From a virus (lineage: Duplodnaviria > Caudoviricetes), in the IMG/VR virus record IMGVR_UViG_3300021961_000002, positions 1 through 60,295 of that record: a DNA stretch of 60,295 bases; one strand, 5' to 3'. Under the pieces are notes generated by a model that saw only the letters and a program-made list of their open reading frames with translations, was not told where the DNA came from and did no database searches. Of this stretch, positions 20,951 to 29,851 are shown one piece after another (positions within the stretch are counted from its first letter, which is position 1; every line of letters starts with the position of its first letter). Position numbers and translations under genes: made by a program.

Positions 20951-22333
20951 CTAGGCGGCACTCTGAAGCGCGTCGCGGTATAAGTCAACGACTAATTTAT
21001 GGTCCGCCATCTTTTTTCTCAAGACACGATATAGCTTACGCTCTACCTCGCTACCTACTATATGTATGACTGTCATCGCGTTCTTCTGTCCAGGGCGGTC
21101 TATACGTGCATTAGCTTGTAGGTAGGTCTCTACGCTCGTAACTGGAGCGTACCAAATAACGGTGTCTGCAGCAGTGAGTGTGAGCCCATGAGACGCTGCT
21201 TGCGGTTGTATTAGCAGTACCTTCGGGTCTTTTTCTTCTTGGAACCGTCTGACCGCTTCAGACCTTTTATGTAGGCTGACGCGACCGTCGATGACGCTGC
21301 ACGGTATTTTACTTTTGTTCAGAGACTCTTCTAGGATGTCGATAGTGTGGCTAAACGGAACAAACACGAGTGCCTTGTTGTTAGTTTCATTGATGGCTTC
21401 TATAACAGCTTGTATCCTGCTGGACGCATCAAATTCGACCACAGCTCCGTTGTCCGAGTAAACCGCACCGCCCGATATCTGCAAAAGCTTGTTTAGCTTT
21501 GCGGCTGCGTTTATAGCCGTAATACTGTCGCCATCCGCGTCGCGAATGAACTGCTTCTGCATAAGCGTGTAGTACTTCTTTTGTTGCGCAGTAAGTTCTA
21601 CATCTCTGTTCACAAACGTAACGGCGGGTAGGTCCAAACAATCTTTCTTTTCAAACCGAATCGCCGGTTGCAATATGTTATGCACGGTATCTTTCGCGCT
21701 TGGCTTAGGTATCCAGGTGTACTGAGACAGCCTGTACATAACCATGTCGCGGAAAGCGCCTACATACTTGGGGCTGTTATCAGGATTTACCAGCCGTGCC
21801 AGACCGAAAGCATCAATAGGAGACTGCGCAGCGGGAGTGCCTGTCAGCATCCATAACCCGCAGCCCTTACTCACTATATCCCGAAGCGCTTTCCAGCGAT
21901 TGGTCTGCGTGTTCTTGTAAGCATTGGCCTCATCGACCACCACAAGATCGAAGCCACCGTCCATTATCTCTTTTTTAACGATAGCTACGCCATCGTAGTT
22001 GATAATAACGAACTCTGCATTACCGCTAATGGTCTTAGCTCTGGTCTTTGCGTCGCCATATGCCACCATACAACTCCGGTGCATGGCGAAAGTGAACAAA
22101 TCGCGCTGCCAAGCGGACTTCATAATAGATAGCGGGCATATCACAAGGACTCGTTTGATCTTACCTTGTTTCATTAAGTGGTCCGCCGCCCATATGACGG
22201 ACGCGGTTTTGCCCGTACCCTGCTCGTTAAAGCAGAACGCCTTCTTCCTTCTGGACAGGAAGTCAGCAGTAGCCTCTTGGTGTGCAAACGGTTTGTATTT
22301 TCCAGGCCACTCGTAATTCTTTAGTATACTCAT
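20951..22333 (-). CDS. SF2 (SNF2-like) DNA helicase
   Basis: EQGTGKT Walker A, VVVDEA, LTGTP, HGLTLT and QANARIDRPGQ motifs. Confidence 0.9.
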   Translation of the reverse strand: MSILKNYEWPGKYKPFAHQEATADFLSRRKKAFCFNEQGTGKTASVIWAADHLMKQGKIKRVLVICPLSIMKSAWQRDLFTFAMHRSCMVAYGDAKTRAKTISGNAEFVIINYDGVAIVKKEIMDGGFDLVVVDEANAYKNTQTNRWKALRDIVSKGCGLWMLTGTPAAQSPIDAFGLARLVNPDNSPKYVGAFRDMVMYRLSQYTWIPKPSAKDTVHNILQPAIRFEKKDCLDLPAVTFVNRDVELTAQQKKYYTLMQKQFIRDADGDSITAINAAAKLNKLLQISGGAVYSDNGAVVEFDASSRIQAVIEAINETNNKALVFVPFSHTIDILEESLNKSKIPCSVIDGRVSLHKRSEAVRRFQEEKDPKVLLIQPQAASHGLTLTAADTVIWYAPVTSVETYLQANARIDRPGQKNAMTVIHIVGSEVERKLYRVLRKKMADHKLVVDLYRDALQSAA

Positions 22334-22599
22334 CCTTTTACAGAGTGGTCGCTGTTGCGGTTAAAAGAGCGGTTTTTACTTTTCTTTTTAACACGCAAGT
22401 TTTTGCTTCCGTTCCCGCCGCCTTTGGATAAAGGCTTTTTATGGTCAACGTCATTACCGTCACCTTTTGCGACCCGACCCTCCTTCTCTAATTTGTACCT
22501 AGCACGGTTCCTAGCAGCTCTGTTTTTTCTCTGCTCTGGGGTGCCGTGGTATTGCTCGTATTCTTTCCCGTATGGGCGCTCTTTATTGACATAGGGCAT
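22330..22599 (-). CDS. HNH endonuclease-like protein
   Basis: DVDHKKPLSKGG.N..NLRV....NR; start reassigned to ATG 22599 after an RBS (AGGAG). Confidence 0.75.
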   Translation of the reverse strand: MPYVNKERPYGKEYEQYHGTPEQRKNRAARNRARYKLEKEGRVAKGDGNDVDHKKPLSKGGGNGSKNLRVKKKSKNRSFNRNSDHSVKG

Positions 22600-22609
22600 A
22601 AAGTGTCTC

Positions 22610-23272
22610 CTAGCTCTTGTTGAACTCACAACTGGTAACTGGGCAGAACTTGCACAACGGGCCACTCACGGGGTTCCACACTCCGCTTTCGTGCGCCACA
22701 GCTAGCCTCTCCAGTTCGTCGCTAAACACCCCCATATAACTCAGCATGTCTTCCCTCTTGTGAATTTTCTTTATCAGATCGTTTGTAACCACAAACGCTA
22801 AAGCTGATTTAAGCTCTTTAAGTTTTGGGTAGTGGACAAACGTAGCCGCTGCCATCAAGTCTAACTGTTTCGTGTCGGCGTAGCGTGTGTTTCGGCCCGT
22901 TTTATAGTCTATGATGTACCCAGTCTCTCCGTTTTCTATAAGTAGATCGACGATACCACGATACCAAACGTCTCTGTCGAAGAACCCGCAGGGCTCTAAA
23001 TTCTCTCCGACGCGCCGCACCCCCAGTTTCAGTTCGCAGTGTTTCTCGCCGTCTAGTTTTTTGAGCGCGTCAATGAACCTTGTTATGAACCCAAACTTTT
23101 CCGGTACGGGGGTGTCGTTTTTGACGTTAAGCTCAGCCGCCTTATGGACCTCGTTGCCGTATAAGATAGCTGCCGTCTGCGCGTCTTTAACGTCTCGTGC
23201 CACCTTCAAGTGATAATACTTTTTTGGGCACTGATCGAAAGTCTTTATACTGCTGTAACTCCAAGCCGCCAT
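22610..23272 (-). CDS. PD-(D/E)XK (Cas4/RecB-like) exonuclease
   Basis: WSYSSIKTFDQCP, GIVDL, IIDYKTG, QL, C-terminal C..C....C. Confidence 0.85.
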   Translation of the reverse strand: MAAWSYSSIKTFDQCPKKYYHLKVARDVKDAQTAAILYGNEVHKAAELNVKNDTPVPEKFGFITRFIDALKKLDGEKHCELKLGVRRVGENLEPCGFFDRDVWYRGIVDLLIENGETGYIIDYKTGRNTRYADTKQLDLMAAATFVHYPKLKELKSALAFVVTNDLIKKIHKREDMLSYMGVFSDELERLAVAHESGVWNPVSGPLCKFCPVTSCEFNKS

Positions 23273-23420
23273 TTGCTTTCTCCAGTGGCCAACGCCATTT
23301 CGGCCCGTTTTGCGGCGTAGGGTACCTCAACTTCCATACGATATCCACAAAGTTCTCCTGGGTTTTCGCTATGTCTCTCAATGTAACCATAAAGTCTAAT
23401 GCGGTCTCAACTGGTCTCAC
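23187..23420 (-). CDS. Small hypothetical protein
   Basis: Fills the gap in the operon; no recognisable motif. Confidence 0.35.
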   Translation of the reverse strand: MRPVETALDFMVTLRDIAKTQENFVDIVWKLRYPTPQNGPKWRWPLEKANGGLELQQYKDFRSVPKKVLSLEGGTRR

Positions 23421-23572
23421 CCCGTGTCACTCCGTGTTATGTTTCTTCCGTTTATAAAAGCGCCGCCGCCGCTACACATAATAAAAAAGCAAAACCGGGG
23501 TTCGATTCCACCCCCCATACGGCCATGGCAACGCAGTACAGCCCCACAGCCCTGCATAGAAAAACCACAATT

Positions 23573-23938
23573 TTAGCTCCGGGTGAGCGCCTTGATCCGT
23601 GCCCCGGCGGCTCCCGGTTCAGGTCGGTCGTCGATGATGTAGTCACGAGTCACTCCATCTATAATTATACCGAGACAGGCTCTTGCGTGCGCCGCATGAG
23701 ATATCCCACTTTCGGGGTCAACATCTTCACCATCTACGAACGCAGCTATATGTCTCAGCGCTGCGTTGAGGTACACCATCATAGAGACGCTGGTGTCCCG
23801 CCAGTTATAGGCCCCGTATTTCTCAGCCCCCAACTCAAACGCAACTGCCTCTTCAACTAACGCAGCTTGCGGGATGAGAGCGAGAGATGGTTTCTTTGTC
23901 CCGAATGAACTTTTTGGGTTGCTGTCTGGGGCTGTCAT
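23573..23938 (-). CDS. dATP/dGTP diphosphohydrolase domain protein (DUF5664-like)
   Basis: K..LALIP..A....A.AFELGAEKYGAYNWR...YLNAALRH....DGED.DPESGISH.AHA.AC signature; ATG overlaps the GcrA stop. Confidence 0.8.
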   Translation of the reverse strand: MTAPDSNPKSSFGTKKPSLALIPQAALVEEAVAFELGAEKYGAYNWRDTSVSMMVYLNAALRHIAAFVDGEDVDPESGISHAAHARACLGIIIDGVTRDYIIDDRPEPGAAGARIKALTRS

Positions 23939-24393
23939 TTTTCCACCGGCACGTGTGTTTTGTTGTGGTGCTCTACGCAATAAGAGCTGCCTTCTTTAAT
24001 TGACCTACCGCAGAAACGCATGGTGTTGTCACTTGGAAACCCGTATATGTATCTGCACCCATTGTTGCTCAGAACGCTGAACGCCTCGGCAATGGCCAGT
24101 AATGTTGCTTCGTCAACCTCTACAAATGTTTCCGCATCTAACTGCGGTTCTGTTTTTACTTTGGGTTTAGGTTTGACTTGTGGTTGCGGCCTTTGTGCGC
24201 TCTTTATTTGCGGGTATACAACCACGTTTTCAAACCCAGTTACGACACCTTTCTGCAGTCCGAGCCGATGAGCTTTACCTACGACGGCGTTCTTACCACA
24301 ACCTAACTCGCGCCCTATTTCAGCCGCAGACAGCCCCCCATCGCTCCATAGTTGCGTCAAACGTATGATTTTGTCCTGTGTCCAAAAACTCAT
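23935..24393 (-). CDS. gcrA: GcrA-like cell-cycle regulator
   Basis: WT..I.RL..LW..GLSAAEIG.ELG..KNAVVGKAHRLGL N-terminal HTH and C-terminal CRY..G.P...FCG......YC..H. Confidence 0.85.
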   Translation of the reverse strand: MSFWTQDKIIRLTQLWSDGGLSAAEIGRELGCGKNAVVGKAHRLGLQKGVVTGFENVVVYPQIKSAQRPQPQVKPKPKVKTEPQLDAETFVEVDEATLLAIAEAFSVLSNNGCRYIYGFPSDNTMRFCGRSIKEGSSYCVEHHNKTHVPVEK

Positions 24394-25172
24394 TTCACAT
24401 TCCCTCCCGAACGCAAAATGTTTCCTTCGTAAACGTAAGTGCCCACATGCTTCAAATGAATAAACGGGTTAGCAAATATTTTGCCGCCGTGTTTCGCCCA
24501 CAGCTCACAAAAATGGTAGTCCTCCGACAGCAGACAACCGTCCGCGTCAATGCTGGTAGCGAAGAACTCGTGAGTTAAGGGTTTCACGTACTCGTCCGTA
24601 TTTGGAACTTTTGCCCCCGACACTCTATACGTTGGCACATGCGGTATCAGCTTCTCAAATACCTTGCGCTTGATTAGCATAAACCCGGTGCCCCCGTGTC
24701 GGACTGTTACCAACCCCTCTTCGTTGGTCTCTGCATCGTCAACGCCAATAAGATTAAGAACGAACGAACCGCCAAAATCTCGGAGATTTGTCCGTCCCTC
24801 TTTCGCAGCACGTTCAACTTGCTCCCAATCCAATTCTTTCTTTGGGTATATACCGCAAACGATATCCTTATCCGCAGACACCAAAGCTTTTATAGCATCA
24901 TGCCCGAACGCTATGTCTGCATCGACAAACATAAGGTAGTCGTGACCCGCTTCGAGAAATAACCTCACTAGCTCGTTCCGCGCACGAGTAATCAAGCTCT
25001 CATTAGTTATCTGCGCCCAAAAAACATTTACCCCGTCGGCGCGTAACGTAGCCATAGATTGCAGCAGTCCTAATACATACGCACCTGTACACATACCGCC
25101 GTACATCGGCGTGGCAATTAAGAGGCTCTTGGGTTTAGGCTCGGAAACCGACACTTTAATATTATCATCCAC
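24390..25172 (-). CDS. Glycosyltransferase-like protein (GT-A fold)
   Basis: IATPMYGG, SLITRARN, MFVDADI (DxD), GTGFMLIKR, LSEDYHFC, LKHVG. Confidence 0.75.
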   Translation of the reverse strand: MDDNIKVSVSEPKPKSLLIATPMYGGMCTGAYVLGLLQSMATLRADGVNVFWAQITNESLITRARNELVRLFLEAGHDYLMFVDADIAFGHDAIKALVSADKDIVCGIYPKKELDWEQVERAAKEGRTNLRDFGGSFVLNLIGVDDAETNEEGLVTVRHGGTGFMLIKRKVFEKLIPHVPTYRVSGAKVPNTDEYVKPLTHEFFATSIDADGCLLSEDYHFCELWAKHGGKIFANPFIHLKHVGTYVYEGNILRSGGNVK

Positions 25173-25174
25173 GG

Positions 25175-25768
25175 TTAACTCCTCTTCTGAAGTGCAGCTT
25201 GATAGCCCACATGCACCAACGATGCTCGCTCTGCCATTATATTTGTAAAGCTATCTATAGCGAGCTTAGGGCGATGTAACACGTCGCGGGGATTGCCCCA
25301 TAGGTAGTCATCGAACACCATAATCCCACCCACTTTAAGTAACGGCCACGCCATGCACGCATCTTGTAGCACCTGGTCCGCTGTATGCGCTCCGTCGATA
25401 TAAATGAAATCGTATGGTGGAACTCTGTCGTATATAAGTTGCGCCAGCGCGTCCGTGGAGGTCTTCTTTATTTTGAAATAGGTGTGCCGCGTGTTCCTTA
25501 TCGCCAACTGCATATTTTGGGAGAAGCGTTCTTCTGTGCCGCGCATATCGTCGGTAGTATGCTCTTCGCCACCGCCCCAAGTGTCCACGCAGTCTACGTG
25601 ACCGCCCTTCTCGTCCATCATGTTTTCGACGATCCAAGCCGCACTTCGACCTTCGTAACTTCCAATCTCCAGAAAGCGGTTCCGAGCGGGTAGGAGCGGT
25701 ATAAGTTGCTTCCATACATCTGGTGCCCAACTGAACCAATCTTTTGTAAACTCATATGCAGGCTGCAT
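25175..25768 (-). CDS. Class I SAM-dependent methyltransferase (Methyltransf_24-like)
   Basis: LEIGSYEGRSA, CVDTW, DFIYIDGAH, LKVGGIMVFDDY; not a DNA-MTase motif set. Confidence 0.85.
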   Translation of the reverse strand: MQPAYEFTKDWFSWAPDVWKQLIPLLPARNRFLEIGSYEGRSAAWIVENMMDEKGGHVDCVDTWGGGEEHTTDDMRGTEERFSQNMQLAIRNTRHTYFKIKKTSTDALAQLIYDRVPPYDFIYIDGAHTADQVLQDACMAWPLLKVGGIMVFDDYLWGNPRDVLHRPKLAIDSFTNIMAERASLVHVGYQAALQKRS

Positions 25769-26066
25769 TTTGCTCTCCCAACTGTAACAAAGCGTGTTCA
25801 ATAGTATCTATATCTTTCTGTAGACCTTCGTACCGCTGCACGTATGTCGGTATGTTGCGAGCAGCATGGATAACTGTAGTGTGGTCTCTGTTAAACGCAG
25901 CCCCAATTTGAGGGAGGCTTTTATCGGTTAGCTTTCTTGCAAGAAACATAGCCACCATACGTGGGCGAGATACTCTTCTTTTCTTATCGTTTCCGATAAG
26001 TTCTTCGACCGTTAACCCGTAATATATACTTGTAGCTCGTTGTATATCTCTTATTCGCAAACCCAC
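25752..26066 (-). CDS. DnaA C-terminal (domain IV) HTH protein
   Basis: RPRMVAMFLARKLTDKSLPQIGAAFNRDHTTVIHA is the DnaA signature; no AAA+ domain. Confidence 0.85.
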   Translation of the reverse strand: MGLRIRDIQRATSIYYGLTVEELIGNDKKRRVSRPRMVAMFLARKLTDKSLPQIGAAFNRDHTTVIHAARNIPTYVQRYEGLQKDIDTIEHALLQLGEQNAACI

Positions 26067-26077
26067 TTACTGCCCTC

Positions 26078-26302
26078 CTATTCAGCTTTCTCCGTGTCGT
26101 TCGGCGCGGGTCCGGGGTTATCCTGCGGCATCCTCGGACATGACTGAATGCCCATCTCGCATATAAGCCACATAAATAGACCACACCTTCTGCATCGACG
26201 AGTCCATGGGTCAATCTTGTGAATTCGGTGCATTTTCACACCCTCCTGTTCTGGTGTCGCCCCTTGCTTTACACCCCTTTGAGCTATCAACCATCCGTAC
26301 AA
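26078..26302 (-). CDS. Small hypothetical protein
   Basis: Operon position; C..C motif. Confidence 0.35.
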   Translation of the reverse strand: MYGWLIAQRGVKQGATPEQEGVKMHRIHKIDPWTRRCRRCGLFMWLICEMGIQSCPRMPQDNPGPAPNDTEKAE

Positions 26303-26316
26303 ACGTAAGTTTCATA

Positions 26317-28158
26317 TTATTTACAACCCCCGTAGCTTGCTCCAATACCAGCCTCACAGTTCAACGGCAGTCCTTTCGCCCACGCCGGAGCTTCGCGCAT
26401 ACACTGCATAACAAACTCCTTGGCCTCTTCCGCTTCCGCCTCGGGCACCACACAACAAACGGCATCGTGTACCGTCATAACGACCTTGTAGCGGGAAGCG
26501 ATCTTCAACATCTGTTCGCCAATGATGATACGAGCTAGGGCCTGACATAAATTTTCAATGACCTTACCTCCATATATCTTCGTAGCTGTAACAGAAGCTC
26601 CGCGCTTAGTGTCGTACACTAGCTCATCACCCTCGGTTCTTAAGTTGGGGTAACGTATGCTAAGGCCATTCGGAAGCCCTAGCGCTTCTCTATCCGGATC
26701 AGCCACAATGAGGCCCCCCGTCCCCATCGTGAAGACTAAGTTATCTGCGTTAGTAGCTGGGGGTTTACGACGAATTAAAAAATCCAGTGCTTTATTGGCG
26801 ATATTCCACAACTTGGGAATACTGGCATATGAACTCCGATAAGCCTCTACGATGGAGGCAGCTTCTCCTTCTGACACATCCACACCAAAAGAAGCTAGCT
26901 GGTCGCGAAACCGAACAGCGCCCATCCCATATCCGCAACCTAGGATCGTCGTCTTACCGACAAACCTTTCATCTTTGTTTATGTCTTCCTCTGGTTTGTT
27001 GTAAATTTTTGAGGCCATTATTTTGTAGACATCATCGCCATCTGAAAACGCCTTAACGAGGTCTTTCTGATCGGCAAGCCACGCTAGAGTACGCGCTTCG
27101 ATCTGACTGCTATCGCTATCAATAACTACATGGCCCGGAGGAGCTACTAGCGCGTCCTTAAGCACAGAGCCTCGCGGTAAGTTTTGCAAGTTCACCTTAT
27201 CGTCGCCACCCCAGCGGCCTGTGTGCGCGGCGTAGTAGCGGAGCGGGATTGGTATGGGGCCACGCTTCCCTATTTCTATGAACCTAGCGGTTCGTGTTTC
27301 CTCAATCGTGCTCTTTATCTTCAGCCTTGCGCTCACAAGCGTTTGCACTTTCAGATCATCGTGCTCAAGCAGCTCTTTGAAACCCTCATCGGTCTTGGAG
27401 AAAGCGAAAGTTTCCTTACCTGTGGTCTTACTCGTCTTCACAGGTGGCGTGATGTTTAGCTTGCGCAACGCATCCGCAAACTTAGGATTACTCATTAACT
27501 CTTCTTTTGCTATCCCGACCTCTTCCAAAGTCTTGGCTTTGCTCTCCACGATAGATTGGAGATGCTTTTCAAGTAGCGCGGAGTCAATCTCTAGTTCTGG
27601 CTCTGAAAACATACGTATGGTGAGATCAATTAAACGAAGCTCGGTCAAAGGCACCAGCGGGGTAAGCTTTTTTAGCAGCAGGTAAGTTAGCTCAACATCC
27701 TGCTTACAATACGCACCGTACTTGGCTAGCTCTTCCTTCGAAAAGCTAAGCCGCTTTTTCCCGATAGCGTCATGCACCTCCGTGCCTTTCTCACCCAGCT
27801 CGTAGTGTGTAGCCAGCGATGCTAGTGCAGCGCTTATCTCCGTACCGTGAACCGCGCGTGACATAGACATGGTATCTAGTATGCGCTTAGGGCGGATACC
27901 GAAACGCCAGTTAAGAATAGCCATATCGAACGCTGCGTTGTGAGCGAGTGCTGCGCTCTCCCCCCAGTTGAACTGCGCTAGGAACTCCCGAGTACGCTTG
28001 TGCGTTCCTGAAAACCACACAGTAGGCTCGTCGTCACGCTTGACCCCAACCCCAACAACCTCAAACCGCCTGTCACGTATGTAGGCTTCAGTAGTTTGTT
28101 TTTTGAGATTGAAGTCACGCGAGTAGTGCGTCTCGAAATCAATTGTTAGCAGTTCCAA
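26317..28158 (-). CDS. Family A DNA polymerase with 3'-5' exonuclease
   Basis: IDFET, AHNAAFD (Exo I/II); HTGRW; DSSQIEAR (motif A); R..GKTTILGCGYGMG (motif B); TVHDA (motif C). Confidence 0.92.
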   Translation of the reverse strand: MELLTIDFETHYSRDFNLKKQTTEAYIRDRRFEVVGVGVKRDDEPTVWFSGTHKRTREFLAQFNWGESAALAHNAAFDMAILNWRFGIRPKRILDTMSMSRAVHGTEISAALASLATHYELGEKGTEVHDAIGKKRLSFSKEELAKYGAYCKQDVELTYLLLKKLTPLVPLTELRLIDLTIRMFSEPELEIDSALLEKHLQSIVESKAKTLEEVGIAKEELMSNPKFADALRKLNITPPVKTSKTTGKETFAFSKTDEGFKELLEHDDLKVQTLVSARLKIKSTIEETRTARFIEIGKRGPIPIPLRYYAAHTGRWGGDDKVNLQNLPRGSVLKDALVAPPGHVVIDSDSSQIEARTLAWLADQKDLVKAFSDGDDVYKIMASKIYNKPEEDINKDERFVGKTTILGCGYGMGAVRFRDQLASFGVDVSEGEAASIVEAYRSSYASIPKLWNIANKALDFLIRRKPPATNADNLVFTMGTGGLIVADPDREALGLPNGLSIRYPNLRTEGDELVYDTKRGASVTATKIYGGKVIENLCQALARIIIGEQMLKIASRYKVVMTVHDAVCCVVPEAEAEEAKEFVMQCMREAPAWAKGLPLNCEAGIGASYGGCK

Positions 28159-28178
28159 CTCTTTCTCCTTCGTGGGAA

Positions 28179-28544
28179 CTATCCGGTTCTATCTCTGGCA
28201 TCCCCATCAATAGAAAAAATCTGAGAAACTACACGCCGCGAGAACGCTTCACCTTGGATGGTGCAGAGTTTGGCGTACAGCAAATCAATGTCTTCTTTTG
28301 GTATGAAGAAGAGCTGACTGTCAATAGGCACTGACTGCGAGGGGTAAAAGACTGTACGAAGCAACGCATCTACAAACCAGTGCCACTTACAAGATAGCCC
28401 CCCACCGACACCCCACTGGAACTCTTCTGGGTGCGTTTCCATACGCTTCATTATAACTTCGACGCCTAGGTTCTTCTCCATCACTCTAACACCTCTAGGA
28501 GGACCGCCCGTAAAGAAGTCACATCTGAGCCGCATTGCAACCAC
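28179..28544 (-). CDS. Hypothetical protein (probable start MEKNLGV at ~28481)
   Basis: ORF fills the gap between VRR-NUC and PolA. Confidence 0.45.
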   Translation of the reverse strand: MVAMRLRCDFFTGGPPRGVRVMEKNLGVEVIMKRMETHPEEFQWGVGGGLSCKWHWFVDALLRTVFYPSQSVPIDSQLFFIPKEDIDLLYAKLCTIQGEAFSRRVVSQIFSIDGDARDRTG

Positions 28545-28777
28545 GCGAGGCCCCCGGCGTTTTTTATTTGCGTTAATTCTTGCTGTTGCAGAGCGGTCGG
28601 TTTGTTTGTTCCGGCTTTACACTCAATGCCGATAAACCTCCCCCGGGCACAGGCTATAACATCGGGGACGCCTGAGCGACCAAAACCGTGTGTCTGCGGA
28701 AAAAAATAATACACCTCAAGTTCGCGCAGCAACTTAGTTACTGCGTCTTTAACTTTACCTTCCGGTGTTCTTGCCAT
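28481..28777 (-). CDS. VRR-NUC domain nuclease (resolvase-like)
   Basis: TPEGKVK..GVPDVIAC..GRFIGIECKA..PTALQ. Confidence 0.85.
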   Translation of the reverse strand: MARTPEGKVKDAVTKLLRELEVYYFFPQTHGFGRSGVPDVIACARGRFIGIECKAGTNKPTALQQQELTQIKNAGGLAWLQCGSDVTSLRAVLLEVLE

Positions 28778-28793
28778 GATTATCTCCCTCTGC

Positions 28794-28810
28794 TTGTGAC
28801 ACTGTCACAA
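28794..28810. promoter_or_regulatory. Palindromic operator-like site TTGTGACACTGTCACAA
   Basis: Perfect inverted repeat upstream of the VRR-NUC RBS, 14 bp from a TTGACA (-35, - strand, 28824..28829). Confidence 0.7.
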
Positions 28811-28829
28811 ATAGGATTTGCGGTGTCAA

Positions 28830-28865
28830 TAAAAAACCCCCCGGTGAGTGGGACACCGGGGGGCC
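28830..28865 (-). terminator. Rho-independent terminator
   Basis: On the - strand: CCCCCCGGTG-TCCCACT-CACCGGGGGG followed by TTTTTT. Confidence 0.75.
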
Positions 28866-28918
28866 TAGTTAGGCTGGGAAGAAGGAGAAAAAACCCAGCC
28901 GTTATGCACAGTCGTAAG

Positions 28919-29815
28919 TTATAACTCCTGATCCATGTTTGCAATAGTGTAAAAAGTAACTCCGTTCTCGGACCTCCACTTATTGCCGACATCAAGAACA
29001 TGCGCGCTGGGCGACTTTTGCAGCTTGAGCATACCCAGTCCGTACTTCACCCAAGCCGGAAGCTCGGACTCTGTTAAAGGACTAAACTCCTTTGCGTCGG
29101 GTAAAGTTTTTGGAACTTCTTTATGTGTACAAACATAATAAGTGTCTTCCTCTATAACTACCGTGGCAAAAGATTTAGCTGCGGTAAGCATACTACTCCA
29201 CGCTTCGTAGTCAGAAGCCTTCGACTGTAAGACCTCCAGTACCTCCGCTGGTGGAGGGGAGGGAATCTGCCCTAACATTTGCAAGCGTTGCTTAAGGGTC
29301 AGAGATGCAAGATGCTTTTCCAAACTTTGCCTAAAGCTACGGTCGAAATCAGAAAGTTTGTTGAAGCTGTATACGTCGAGCCTTTCAATCGACGCTCTAT
29401 TTATCCGTTCCTGCATATTGAACTGCTTAACGAACTTGCAAATCTTAGCCACAGCAATCTTGTGGTGGGAAGTGCGAATGGCTGCAGTACATTTGTTATG
29501 CTCGCTCGCCAGCGTAGACTCAACCTTGTAGTGCTTGTTGTTGCGGCCCCACCCCTCGCGGTCACTCACATCGCAAGAACCCATCTTTGACCCATTGCTC
29601 CCAAGGAAGTCGATCTGACAGCGCGCCCTATCGCTAAAGCCATAGGGGGTAAACACGATGCTCCAGCCCTTGCGTCGCCTACTTACCGCGACAGCCAAGT
29701 CCCAAGCGCGAGGAAATATAGAGGGTACGGTAGCCGCGTCACCCTTCCACTCGACGCTAAACTTAGGCCGGTCGGGCCATGGGTATGCGACGTTAGTTTT
29801 ATTGTCCGTATTCAT
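28919..29815 (-). CDS. Hypothetical protein
   Basis: 298 aa ORF with RBS AAGGAG; ELPAWVK..LGMLKL..DVG.K near the C-terminus. Confidence 0.6.
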   Translation of the reverse strand: MNTDNKTNVAYPWPDRPKFSVEWKGDAATVPSIFPRAWDLAVAVSRRRKGWSIVFTPYGFSDRARCQIDFLGSNGSKMGSCDVSDREGWGRNNKHYKVESTLASEHNKCTAAIRTSHHKIAVAKICKFVKQFNMQERINRASIERLDVYSFNKLSDFDRSFRQSLEKHLASLTLKQRLQMLGQIPSPPPAEVLEVLQSKASDYEAWSSMLTAAKSFATVVIEEDTYYVCTHKEVPKTLPDAKEFSPLTESELPAWVKYGLGMLKLQKSPSAHVLDVGNKWRSENGVTFYTIANMDQEL

Positions 29816-29851
29816 TTCAGCTCTCCTTTCCGTTGCAATGCAACTCTACCC

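Noticed and set aside
22610-23272. Cas4-like gene as part of a CRISPR system
   Set aside because: Stand-alone PD-(D/E)XK nucleases are routine in phage replication modules; no array or cas1.
23495-23520. GGTTCGATTCC resembling a tRNA T-loop
   Set aside because: T-stem pairs poorly and no acceptor, D or anticodon arms can be built.
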